Assembly: GCA_002683155.1 (NCBI GenBank)
Contig: NYST01000009.1
Location: 7,963-57,390, forward strand
Reading direction: 5' to 3'
DNA length: 49,428 bases
DNA from: Methanobacteriota archaeon
GTDB lineage: Archaea > Thermoplasmatota > Poseidoniia > Poseidoniales > Thalassarchaeaceae
Both the position numbers and the translations under genes were made by a program. Below, piece after piece: positions 18,868 to 27,735 of the stretch (positions within the stretch are counted from its first letter, which is position 1; each line of letters begins with the position of its first letter). The notes under the pieces are model-generated. The model was given only the letters and a program-made list of their open reading frames with translations. It did not search any database and was not told the origin of the DNA.

Positions 18868-19998
18868 TTGATTGTACCCCCTTTCACGATGACAATGTCA
18901 GACTACCTTGGGCCTGAACAAAGGGAGAGATATGCAAGACATCTAGTTCTCCCAGGAGTTGGGCATGAAGGCCAGGAGAAATTGCTCAAATCGTCGGTCC
19001 TGGTGGTTGGAGCCGGTGGGCTGGGTTCTCCGGCATTGATGTATTTGGCTGCAGCCGGAATCGGCAGAATTGGAATTATCGACAATGATAAGGTCAGTTC
19101 ATCCAATTTGCAGAGGCAGATAATCCACAATGTTTCCTGGGTTGGCAAATCTAAGGTTAAGTCTGCTTCCGACTGGATAAAGGGACTTAATCCGGATATT
19201 GACGTTGTAAAGATCGATGACAGGCTGACTAGGAATAATTCAGAGGAAATACTGAATGATTACGATGTTATTATTGACGGGACGGACAACTTCCAATCTC
19301 GATACCTAATTGGGGACGTGTGCGAGATTCTGGGCAAACCATGGATTTTTGGGAGCATTCATAGATTCGAGGGGCAAGTCTCGACCTTCAACCTGAAAGG
19401 GGGGGCGAATTATCGTGACTTGTTTCCCACCCCTCCTCCTCCAGAGTTAGCACCAAATTGCTCGGAAGCTGGAGTTTTGGGGGTATTGCCCGGCATTGTT
19501 GGAACAATACAAGCGACAGAGGCACTGAAAGTAATTCTGGGCATTGGAGAAAATCTGAGTGGAAAGTTACTGACAATTGATGCTTTGACGATGGAAATGA
19601 GGACACTATCGTTTTCCAAAAATCCAGAAAGAGTTAGGGTCACAAAACTAGGGGAGTCGGTGAGCAGGGATTTTGAAGAAATTGGTGCGAAGGATCTATC
19701 CGAACGGAGACAGGGTGGTTGGAAACCATTCCTACTTGATGTCAGAAGAGCGCATGAGGAGGCTATTGCTTCGATAGAGGGAACCGATGCCAGAATAATG
19801 CATCTTGAGATTCCGACGAGATTATCCGAGTTGCCAACAGGAACTGATATCGTTGTATACTGTAGAAGTGGCCAGAGATCGGCTGCTGTGGCCAGATTCA
19901 TCATAGAATCTGATTTGGAAATTGGACGCGTTTTCAACCTAACTGGAGGCATACTCTCTTGGTCGGACAATGTAGACCCGAGTATTGTCAAATATTAA
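18868..19998 (+). CDS. MoeB/ThiF-type E1-like adenylyltransferase with a C-terminal rhodanese domain (MoeZ-like)
   Basis: RYARHLVLPGVGHEGQEKL, VVGAGGLGSP, and a C-terminal rhodanese active-site loop CRSGQRS. Confidence 0.88.
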   Translation: MIVPPFTMTMSDYLGPEQRERYARHLVLPGVGHEGQEKLLKSSVLVVGAGGLGSPALMYLAAAGIGRIGIIDNDKVSSSNLQRQIIHNVSWVGKSKVKSASDWIKGLNPDIDVVKIDDRLTRNNSEEILNDYDVIIDGTDNFQSRYLIGDVCEILGKPWIFGSIHRFEGQVSTFNLKGGANYRDLFPTPPPPELAPNCSEAGVLGVLPGIVGTIQATEALKVILGIGENLSGKLLTIDALTMEMRTLSFSKNPERVRVTKLGESVSRDFEEIGAKDLSERRQGGWKPFLLDVRRAHEEAIASIEGTDARIMHLEIPTRLSELPTGTDIVVYCRSGQRSAAVARFIIESDLEIGRVFNLTGGILSWSDNVDPSIVKY

Positions 19999-20183
19999 TG
20001 TGGTATTTTCATCTTCTATACACTATTTTAATGTGGTAATTAACTACTTTTCAACTAATTTCACTAATATATCTGATATAATGTGGTATTTTTATCTACT
20101 ATACACTATTTTAATGTGGTAAAAATAAGAAAATATAGATCTAATAAAACGGAAATACCACATTAAACAATTAATTGTGGTTA
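19996..20183. repeat. AT-rich repeat array: two 44-bp direct repeats (19996-20039 and 20079-20122), each bounded by TTAATGTGGTA, plus an inverted and a degenerate copy
   Basis: Copy A is TAATGTGGTATTTTCATCTTCTATACACTATTTTAATGTGGTAA and copy B is TAATGTGGTATTTTTATCTACTATACACTATTTTAATGTGGTAA (42/44 identical, offset 83 bp). AATGTGGTA cores start at 19997, 20030, 20080 and 20113. There is an inverted copy, TACCACATTAA, at 20156-20166 and a degenerate copy, TTAATTGTGGTTA, at 20171-20183. Confidence 0.9.
20156..20183. promoter_or_regulatory. Imperfect palindrome built from the same motif, placed like an operator upstream of the E1-fusion gene
   Basis: TACCACATTAA-ACAA-TTAATTGTGGTTA sits 52-79 nt upstream of the ATG at 20235. 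It is followed by TATA-like ATAATTAT (20191-20198). Confidence 0.4.
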
Positions 20184-20234
20184 AATTATCATAATTATGG
20201 CCAATATTGTTGTACTATACCTGCTGGGGCGGCC

Positions 20235-23099
20235 ATGGTATCGGCGAGAATAGGGATTTGGAAGTGTCCCGAGTGTGGCCTTCATCAGATTTGGAAAACT
20301 AGGTCTAATAAATCGAGTAAATTGGACAGGAAGTGCTCAAAATGTGAAAAAAGGATCAGGGCCACACTGGATAGATCATCCAGTGGCAAGGGAAGAACAA
20401 GGAGCTTGGAGATATGGGAAAGGGATCCACGTTCTAAGATTGGAGAACTTGTAGAAGAGGCAGCAAGAAGAAACTCCGGGATTTCTATAGAAGAAGGGGC
20501 TCTTGACCGTCCTAATGATGAGCCGCAGTCGATATTACCGAAGATTTGGGGTTCTGGTTGGAAACCCGAGATTCCGTTAGAATTCCCCCAGAAAGTTTCT
20601 ATCGAGTGCGTCAGGGATGACTTGCTAGGATTCATTGCTGAAAGGCACGATGGCCATCTGGATGTGGTTTCTGACTGCTGGGGCAATCTGAAGATGCCAA
20701 ATTATCTGGATGGGGAAAGTTTCCACGAATTTTCGGAAATACTGGTTTCTGAGTTGAAAAAAAGAATGTCAGAACGCCTTCTTGGTCCAAACCTCTCATC
20801 TTTAGGTGAAACGGAAATAATTCCTCGAAGAACAGGAGAAGTTTTCCTAGAAAGGAGGATGGATCGATTCCTGGTCGATGTTACACTTTGCCTTAGGAGA
20901 ATGGCCCATTATCACTCAATTACAGTAGAAGATAGATTGCAATGGCAGAGATGGATGATTAGAACGAGATTAGTTGATGAACAGTTGAAGGATCTATTCG
21001 CATCGGGACTGCCCACCCCAGATGGCGGTACCTTCGGAGGGAAGGGTTTCAGATCAACTTGGCAGGAGGGCGTGGCGGCTTGTGCTTCTGCAATGAATAG
21101 AGCAGTTGATCTTCCCGAGAGTGAACGAGAAAATGCAGACGTAGTTGCACCTATGATTCGGGATATGGGGCTCGCCCTAGCCATGGGGCAGACTCCGATT
21201 GAAGTTCTTGCAGCCCAAATGGGCAAGGCGGGATCCTATATGGATGGAGGTATCGAGGGAAGTGGGGGGCGTGATTTGCATATTGGGAATTGGGAGAAGA
21301 GAGTCCTACCCCCAACAGCACCCCTTCCGATAGCAAGTGCAACTACAACCGGGGTAGCATTGGCTGCGAAGCAAATGGGTGTGAAGAGATTTCATCTAGC
21401 CCCGGTTGGAGAAGGTTGTAGCAGCAGTGGAGAGTTCTGGGAAGCGATGAATTTCGCAGGCGTCCGGGGACTTCCAATTTGCTTTATGATTCAAAATAAT
21501 CAGATTGCTCTCGACACTTTCAATTCGGCGCAATCTGGAGCGGAGACCTTTGGTGACAAAGGGCACGCAATGGGAATACCGTCGTGGACCATTGATGGAT
21601 CCGATCCAGGGATGTTCTACGCATCCTCAGCTGTGGCTAGAGAGTTCGCAATGGAAGATTGTGGGGCCACTCTGATTCATGTTGAGACAATGAGGGGTTG
21701 TGGTCATGCTCACCATCACGATGACTTGTATCTAGGATCTTCAAGTGGAAATCCTCCGGGTTATGTTGATCGCGATTTGCTTCGATACTGGTCCGAGAAG
21801 GACCCCCTCCCAAACCACAGAGAATTGCTGATTAAATTAGGAGTCGGGGAACAGATGCTGAATCGGATACTACGGGAAGAGGAGGAGGGGATCGCTGCTG
21901 CCAGGAGTGAATTGGAAGAAATGGATTGGCCAGAGGGAAATTCGGTAGTAAGGGGGGTGACCTCACTGTTTGATGCAACAAGTCATGAACACCAGCTGAG
22001 TAGAATAGATCGAGAGGGCGATGCCCTAGAAGCGGTTCTAAAATCTGGAGAATACGGCATCGAATTCTCAGATGCTCCAAACTCATGGACATTCAGTAGA
22101 TCAATACAGAATGCCATGGCAACTCTGGCTGAGCAATTTGGAGAACAGATGATTTTCATGGGAGAAGATATGGAAGTCGCTGGGGCTTTCGGGATGAATC
22201 TAGGACTGAAGGCAAGGGGGCACCAAACGAAGCTCCTCGATATGCCACTCTCCGAGGCAATTATCATCCATTCAGCAACTGGGGCTGCCTTGGGAGGAAT
22301 GAGGCCTCTAGCAGAAATTCAGTTCGGTGGTTTTGCTTCACTTGCAATGAATCCACTGGTAAACAACGCAGCTCAACTAAGGTGGAGGTGGGGCGCTGAA
22401 GTGCCTCTAACTGTCAGAATTCCACTTGGGGCAAAGACCCGTAGTGGACCATTCCACGCGAATATGATTGAGTCGTGGTTGACAAATGATCCAGGTTTGG
22501 TTATCGTCTCTCCCAGCAACCCACAAGATGCCTATGACCTTCTAATCGAATCACATCATCTTCCAGATCCAGTGGTGTACCTTGAGCACATTGGGTTATA
22601 CGGACTGAGGGGTGGGATGACTGGTTGGGGGAAATCAATCAATCAAGTCGTTGATACAGAATCGGTAGAGAAGAGGCTTGAAAGTGGCAATAGTTCCATA
22701 GGATCTGCTCGAATAGTTCGTGGGGGAAAAGACATCACAATTGTCACATGGGGAGCAATGGTTCATGTTGCCCTTGATGCGGCCAGAGAGGCATCAAAAA
22801 AGGGAGTCGAAGTTGAGTTAGTGGACCTTAGAACTCTTGTTCCGTTTGATTCTGAGACCTGCATAAATTCGGTATTGAGAACGGGTCGTCTGATTGTTCT
22901 GCAAGAGTCACAATGGACGGGAGGCTTCGGGCACACGGTATCAAGCAGGATTGTTGAAGAGTCGTTCTGGAGGATGGAGTCTCCCCCAATTGTAATTGGG
23001 GCTTTGGATACACCAGTCCCATTTTCACCCACTCTGGAGGATCACACGATCCCCAGCGTAGAAGTAGTTGTCAGGCATATTCAGAGGGCATGCACTTGA
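20235..23099 (+). CDS. CPxCG zinc-ribbon N-terminal domain, uncharacterised ~250-aa region, and fused 2-oxoacid dehydrogenase E1 alpha+beta (TPP-dependent)
   Basis: Start taken at ATG 20235 (MVSARIGIWKCPECG...CSKCEK), since the track's TTG at 20175 lies inside the AT-rich repeats. The E1-alpha TPP motif reads GEGCSSSGEFWEAMNFAGVRGLPICFMIQNN. The E1-beta part carries FMGEDMEVAGAFG, MPLSEAIIIHSATGAALGGMRPLAEIQFGGF, and a C-terminal transketolase-C-like region containing VDLRTLVPFD. Confidence 0.85.
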   Translation: MVSARIGIWKCPECGLHQIWKTRSNKSSKLDRKCSKCEKRIRATLDRSSSGKGRTRSLEIWERDPRSKIGELVEEAARRNSGISIEEGALDRPNDEPQSILPKIWGSGWKPEIPLEFPQKVSIECVRDDLLGFIAERHDGHLDVVSDCWGNLKMPNYLDGESFHEFSEILVSELKKRMSERLLGPNLSSLGETEIIPRRTGEVFLERRMDRFLVDVTLCLRRMAHYHSITVEDRLQWQRWMIRTRLVDEQLKDLFASGLPTPDGGTFGGKGFRSTWQEGVAACASAMNRAVDLPESERENADVVAPMIRDMGLALAMGQTPIEVLAAQMGKAGSYMDGGIEGSGGRDLHIGNWEKRVLPPTAPLPIASATTTGVALAAKQMGVKRFHLAPVGEGCSSSGEFWEAMNFAGVRGLPICFMIQNNQIALDTFNSAQSGAETFGDKGHAMGIPSWTIDGSDPGMFYASSAVAREFAMEDCGATLIHVETMRGCGHAHHHDDLYLGSSSGNPPGYVDRDLLRYWSEKDPLPNHRELLIKLGVGEQMLNRILREEEEGIAAARSELEEMDWPEGNSVVRGVTSLFDATSHEHQLSRIDREGDALEAVLKSGEYGIEFSDAPNSWTFSRSIQNAMATLAEQFGEQMIFMGEDMEVAGAFGMNLGLKARGHQTKLLDMPLSEAIIIHSATGAALGGMRPLAEIQFGGFASLAMNPLVNNAAQLRWRWGAEVPLTVRIPLGAKTRSGPFHANMIESWLTNDPGLVIVSPSNPQDAYDLLIESHHLPDPVVYLEHIGLYGLRGGMTGWGKSINQVVDTESVEKRLESGNSSIGSARIVRGGKDITIVTWGAMVHVALDAAREASKKGVEVELVDLRTLVPFDSETCINSVLRTGRLIVLQESQWTGGFGHTVSSRIVEESFWRMESPPIVIGALDTPVPFSPTLEDHTIPSVEVVVRHIQRACT

Positions 23100-23106
23100 T
23101 TTTTTT
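23100..23106 (+). terminator. Oligo-T tract directly after the stop codon (archaeal-style terminator candidate)
   Basis: TGA at 23097-23099 is followed immediately by TTTTTTT. Confidence 0.3.
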
Positions 23107-23157
23107 AGCATAAGACATTAGCAAAGAGTAATTTGTGAAATGTTGCGGGATTGACAT

Positions 23158-24117
23158 ATGGATGGGACTCTAGTCGACGTAATGTTCGTTCTTTCTGGTT
23201 TCGCATTCCTGATGGGAGGGGGGGAAGCATTAGTCCAAGGGGCGACAAGAATTTCACAAAATCTCAGCGTCTCCCCCCTGGTTGTTGGATTCACAGTAGT
23301 GGCAGTTGGAACTTCGCTACCCGAGTTGGCTGTAGCAATAGAGGCAATAGGAAATGATTCTCCCGACATAGCAATTGGCGGAGTACTCGGATCGAATGTT
23401 GCCAATGTAATGCTTGTTCTGGGAACTGCAGCATTACTGGGAGCGAAGTCCGAAGGTGGAGAAGACGTGAAGAGGGATGCAATAGCTGTCATAGTGGCTA
23501 CTGCTTTTATGGCGATTTTCGTATTTGGAGGGGAAGTCCCCCTAATGGGTGGCGTGATAATGCTAGTTTGTCTACTAGGATACTATTACTACACATATTC
23601 GAGAGCTATTGCAGGTGATGATGAATATGAATTCGAGGACTCATGGCTTCCAAGAAAAATGTCCGTCGCAATTCCGTCCTGCATCCTTGGCGGTGCGATG
23701 ATTTGGCTAGGAGCGAGGCTTTTGGTGGATGGTTCGACCAACATTGCAGAGACGTTCGGAGTCTCTGAGGCGGTGATAGGCCTGACTATTGTTGCCCTAG
23801 GTACCTCGTTGCCAGAACTAGCTGTTACGGTAGTTGCAGGCCTTAGGGGCCAGGGTGGTGTAGCCGTAGGAAATGTTCTCGGTTCCAACGTAATGAATAT
23901 CATGGGAATACTTGGCATTGCCAGTATTATTGGAGCAGGGATAACCGTCGATAGCGAGTTCAACAGAGACATAATCGTGGTCATAGCAACTTCTGGTTTC
24001 GTGGTTACGGCATTTCTTAGAGGCAAAGACTTCTCAAGGAATGTTGGTTCGTTAATGATCCTCACTTATCTTTCCTACATGACTTATCTCAGTGGATTGC
24101 TAGACGGATTGGTATAG
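23158..24117 (+). CDS. Ca2+/cation antiporter (CaCA family, YrbG-like)
   Basis: Two alpha-repeats, VAVGTSLPELAVAI and ALGTSLPELAVTVV, each followed by GSNV(A/M)N. About 10 TM segments. Confidence 0.88.
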   Translation: MDGTLVDVMFVLSGFAFLMGGGEALVQGATRISQNLSVSPLVVGFTVVAVGTSLPELAVAIEAIGNDSPDIAIGGVLGSNVANVMLVLGTAALLGAKSEGGEDVKRDAIAVIVATAFMAIFVFGGEVPLMGGVIMLVCLLGYYYYTYSRAIAGDDEYEFEDSWLPRKMSVAIPSCILGGAMIWLGARLLVDGSTNIAETFGVSEAVIGLTIVALGTSLPELAVTVVAGLRGQGGVAVGNVLGSNVMNIMGILGIASIIGAGITVDSEFNRDIIVVIATSGFVVTAFLRGKDFSRNVGSLMILTYLSYMTYLSGLLDGLV

Positions 24118-24147
24118 CACTATTACGAAGCCTGGTAACGGGCAACC

Positions 24148-24726
24148 ATGGAGTTGCCTCGGATTGAGTGTGTGATTCTTGCAGCTGGTTCCAGTACAAG
24201 ATTGGGGACTGATAAAGCACTAATTCGGATCGGGGGGCGCACCCTGGTAGGATGGTTGTCGGAAAGAGTTGCTAAAATTGGGGTCGATGTCACTGTTGTG
24301 GCGAACAAATCTAACATTGAAGAGATTTCTGAGGATCTTCTAGAAGCGAAGGTAGTTGAAAATAGAGAACCCCAGAAAGGGCGAACTGGTTCCCTAAAAG
24401 TTGGAATCTCGAGTATTGATTCAAAGGGGAAAAACTACAGATTACTAGTCATGCCAGTCGATAGACCAGGTTTCTCAAATTCAACACTAGAAAAACTGAT
24501 TAGTTTAGAGGAGAGTTCCTGCCCAATTAAAGATGGGAGGGGGGGACATCCTCTTCTATTATCTGCCGAGGATGTAGAAAGGGTCAGAGGGAGTGCTGGG
24601 GATTCCCCTCTGAGGGAAATAGTTGATCCGACTAGATTCGAAGTTTTTGACGAGATGCTCCACCTGAACATTGACACCCCTCCTGACATGGAGAGATTGG
24701 GGCAAAAGTTAGATTTGATTTTTTAA
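24148..24726 (+). CDS. MobA-like NTP transferase (molybdenum cofactor nucleotidyltransferase, MobA/MocA family)
   Basis: VILAAGSSTRLGTDKALIRIGGRTL and VMPVDRP; 192 aa. Confidence 0.8.
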   Translation: MELPRIECVILAAGSSTRLGTDKALIRIGGRTLVGWLSERVAKIGVDVTVVANKSNIEEISEDLLEAKVVENREPQKGRTGSLKVGISSIDSKGKNYRLLVMPVDRPGFSNSTLEKLISLEESSCPIKDGRGGHPLLLSAEDVERVRGSAGDSPLREIVDPTRFEVFDEMLHLNIDTPPDMERLGQKLDLIF

Positions 24727-24738
24727 GAAAATTGAAAA

Positions 24739-25569
24739 GTGCGTTTTCAACGCAGAACCGTGAATCTCGAAGATTTGCTGGGTGGCTTCAGTCCAATAGA
24801 GCAGGCATTGATGGCGGGCATGTTCACTTGGTTCATGACTGCAGCAGGAGCAGGTCTCGTATTTTTCTTTCACGAAATAAACAGAAAGGCACTCGATGGG
24901 ATGCTGGGTTTTGCTGCTGGCGTAATGATTGCAGCAAGTTGCTTTGGACTTCTTAGTCCAGCAATCGATCAAACAGATGGAGAGGGGTTGGCGAAGGTTC
25001 TGCCTGCTGCATTTGGATTCGTTATGGGTGGAGTATGCATGAGAGTAATCGATGCTTACCTCCCTCACCTCCATCCGGGCGCTCCACCGGAAGAAACCGA
25101 GGGTGTCAAGACCAGTTGGCACAGGAGTAAGCTTCTGATTTCTGCCATTACTCTACACAACGTTCCCGAGGGCCTTGCAGTCGGTGTTGCCTTCGGCGCT
25201 GCTGCCTCTGGGGATGGAATGGGAGCAGCAATTGCTTTGGCCATAGGGATTGGAATTCAAAACTTCCCAGAAGGGGCTGCAGTCTCAGTTCCACTAAGGA
25301 GAGAGGGTCTGACGAAGAAGGAGAGTTTCTGGTGGGGCCAGTTATCTGCAATGGTGGAACCTATTGCGGCCGTAGTTGGTGCAGCGACCATTGTATACGT
25401 AGACCCAATCCTCCCCTATGCCCTTGCATTCGCTGCTGGAGCCATGATTTTCGTAGTGGTAGAAGAGTTGGTGCCCGAAGCCCATAGGGGCAAAAATGGA
25501 GACATTGCCACGATGGGGGTAATGATTGGTTTCACCATCATGATGATGCTAGATGTAGCATTGGGCTAG
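24739..25569 (+). CDS. ZIP-family divalent metal transporter (ZupT-like)
   Basis: ITLHNVPEGLAVGVAF and GIQNFPEGAAVS. Collinear with ZupT as I remember it, including the C-terminal VVEELVPEA. Confidence 0.88.
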   Translation: MRFQRRTVNLEDLLGGFSPIEQALMAGMFTWFMTAAGAGLVFFFHEINRKALDGMLGFAAGVMIAASCFGLLSPAIDQTDGEGLAKVLPAAFGFVMGGVCMRVIDAYLPHLHPGAPPEETEGVKTSWHRSKLLISAITLHNVPEGLAVGVAFGAAASGDGMGAAIALAIGIGIQNFPEGAAVSVPLRREGLTKKESFWWGQLSAMVEPIAAVVGAATIVYVDPILPYALAFAAGAMIFVVVEELVPEAHRGKNGDIATMGVMIGFTIMMMLDVALG

Positions 25570-25591
25570 CAATAGTAACTCCAAAGGCAGA

Positions 25592-26443
25592 GTGCTCGGT
25601 CAGGTGGACGTGAGTATCGCCGTACTGTCCTGGGTCCTAGAGAGGTTGGGTAGCGGTGAGAGGGTCGCAATTGCATCTGTAATTGAGGCTCAAGGCAGCG
25701 TTCCAGGAAAGCCTGGTGCCAGACTAGCAATCAGTTCATCGGGATCTAGGTTCGGGACGGTGGGCGGTGCTGGACTAGAACTTAGGATAGGGAAGAAGCT
25801 TGAGGAAATGCTAGCTTCAGAGGATTCTGCTAATAGGAAGAAAGGTGGTTCTGTAGAGGTCTTCTTGTTGCACAAAGATGGGAAGGGAAAAGAGGTGACT
25901 GCCTTGGACAGCCTATGTGGGGGGCGCGTGACTGTGTCTATGGAAGTAATTGATCCGAGGCCAAACATCCTGATAGCAGGAGGCGGCCATGTGGGATTCG
26001 CAATAGCACAGGTTTGCGATAATCTGGACTGGGGGTACAGTATTTTCGACATCAGAGAAGATTTTTGCAATCAGGAAAGATTCCCCAATGCAGAACAGGT
26101 GATTTGTTGTCCAGTAGAGGATTTTCTTCGAAAAGAGGACACTGATTCCCTTAGAAGATTCTCTGACATACTTCTTCTGAGTCATGATTGGGAGGTCGAT
26201 GAAGACTTGTTGATTGGCCTTCTGGGAATCTCAGGAAGCAGTTTGAGGCCCAGGATTGGGGCAATCGGTTCGAAGAAGAAGTGGTCAGAATTTGAAAGAT
26301 CCGGAATCAGAAGTGGGATCGAAAAGAGAGTCCTAGAATCTGTAAGGTGCCCCATAGGTTTGGATATCGGAGCGGACTCTCCTGAAGAGATTGCAATAGC
26401 TGTTTGCGCGGAAGTTCTATCATTGGAGAGGTCAGTCAACTAA
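25592..26443 (+). CDS. XdhC/CoxI-family molybdoenzyme maturation factor
   Basis: N-terminal XdhC_CoxI-like region (IASVIEAQGSVPGKPGARL) and Rossmann-like ILIAGGGHVGFAIAQV. Confidence 0.85.
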   Translation: MLGQVDVSIAVLSWVLERLGSGERVAIASVIEAQGSVPGKPGARLAISSSGSRFGTVGGAGLELRIGKKLEEMLASEDSANRKKGGSVEVFLLHKDGKGKEVTALDSLCGGRVTVSMEVIDPRPNILIAGGGHVGFAIAQVCDNLDWGYSIFDIREDFCNQERFPNAEQVICCPVEDFLRKEDTDSLRRFSDILLLSHDWEVDEDLLIGLLGISGSSLRPRIGAIGSKKKWSEFERSGIRSGIEKRVLESVRCPIGLDIGADSPEEIAIAVCAEVLSLERSVN

Positions 26444-26480
26444 ACCTAAGTATGAAATTCGTGGTCAATAGCGGGGCACT

Positions 26481-27698
26481 ATGAAAACAGCCTCTGCTCT
26501 GATTGGTTTGCTGCTTCTGTCGGCACCTCTAGTGGGTTGCCTTGGCGAGCAGGAAAAGGGGGTTGAAGATGATCTCTGGGTTGATGATGAGTTCGGTTCC
26601 TTTAGCGTAGTTGCCCCAGTAGACACGGGAATCAACGTATATCATGTCCACTTCACCATGAACGAGTCATATCCACAATGGCTTCTTGATCAATTAGGGG
26701 TAAACATGGTGTGCAATATCACTACCAATGGAACCTGGCAAGAGAGATATGAAGCAGATAAGGAGAGTTGCTGGGACATCATTGAATCTGGAGACATTGT
26801 TTGGTTTAGAGGAACCAGGATAATCGGAACGACACCCGATGACAATACTGAGATACCGATATTGGATGATCCCAGTGACGGACATGGAACTGCAGTAACA
26901 GGTTCGGTACTAAACGCAAATCCTGATGCAGTAATTTTCTTTGTTGAAGGTTTCAGTGATGCTGCAGTACTAGCGGCTGCGAACCAACCACTGGTTGACA
27001 TCATCACTACTAGTTTTGGACCCATCCTCTCACTCCCAGTGCCCGGTATTGAGGATGCCACCAAAGTAGCAGTAGTTCAAGAAAAGAAGATACACACAGG
27101 GGCTGCAGACAACTCCCCTTCTCCGGCTATTCAAGACTCCACTGCAGGCCCACCTTGGAGCATTGGGATTTCAGGATATGCAGAGGAGGATGACGATCAG
27201 AAGGAAACCATGAGTGGGTCATATCCAGACATCGCGGCTGACTGGACTCAGTTTTTGCCCAACCACGACGATATTGATGGGTACCATTGGACTTCAGGGA
27301 CTTCTTTCGCAACACCTAGGACTGCCGGCCTACTATCGGAGGTTCTAGAAAGTCTGAGAGCCGAATTCGGAGACCTGTCTTCTGGAGCTGATCCTGAAGA
27401 CAGGATGGGTTTTATCGTGAATGGGACAAATTTCACATTGACGAATGATGATTTGCGGGATGCGCTAAATCTCTCTGCATGGTATCCGTCTTTCTCAACT
27501 TGGGACCCTCTGTCGGGGACGACTCCCGTCTCCCCAGTGGCCCCATGCACCCAAGTTGGATGGGGTGTGGTGAACGAGAGTAATGTCAAGCCAATTATTG
27601 AGCATCTAAATGAGAGTAATGCGATGCCTCAGAGGCCATTTGATGTCGAGACCTGTATGGAGTCGAATCAGGACATCAGAGAAGCGTATTGGAACTAG
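26481..27698 (+). CDS. Lipoprotein-type subtilisin-like serine protease (S8)
   Basis: Signal peptide plus lipobox-like LSAPLVGC. Triad motifs are VDTGIN, DGHGTAVTGS, GAADNSP and SGTSFATPRTAG. Confidence 0.8.
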   Translation: MKTASALIGLLLLSAPLVGCLGEQEKGVEDDLWVDDEFGSFSVVAPVDTGINVYHVHFTMNESYPQWLLDQLGVNMVCNITTNGTWQERYEADKESCWDIIESGDIVWFRGTRIIGTTPDDNTEIPILDDPSDGHGTAVTGSVLNANPDAVIFFVEGFSDAAVLAAANQPLVDIITTSFGPILSLPVPGIEDATKVAVVQEKKIHTGAADNSPSPAIQDSTAGPPWSIGISGYAEEDDDQKETMSGSYPDIAADWTQFLPNHDDIDGYHWTSGTSFATPRTAGLLSEVLESLRAEFGDLSSGADPEDRMGFIVNGTNFTLTNDDLRDALNLSAWYPSFSTWDPLSGTTPVSPVAPCTQVGWGVVNESNVKPIIEHLNESNAMPQRPFDVETCMESNQDIREAYWN

Positions 27699-27707
27699 GG
27701 GCTCCAA

Positions 27708-27716
27708 TTAAATATA
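27708..27716 (+). promoter_or_regulatory. TATA-box-like element positioned for a leaderless transcript of the HTH_10 regulator gene
   Basis: TTAAATATA is centred about 24 nt upstream of the ATG at 27736. Confidence 0.3.
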
Positions 27717-27735
27717 GAAAAGACCCAGCGAGGCT

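Noticed and set aside
19996-20122. The 44-bp direct repeats as a possible CRISPR array
   Set aside because: There are only two copies, separated by a 39-bp AT-rich spacer that resembles the repeats in composition. Each repeat is itself built from a shorter motif that also occurs inverted nearby. No cas genes are in the window. This is the architecture of a binding-site array, not a CRISPR.
20265-20345. The zinc ribbon next to an AT-rich repeat region as a remnant of a TnpB/IS200-IS605-type mobile element
   Set aside because: The reading frame continues uninterrupted into a metabolic E1 enzyme. I saw no RuvC-like motifs, no transposase and no terminal inverted repeats flanking a cassette.
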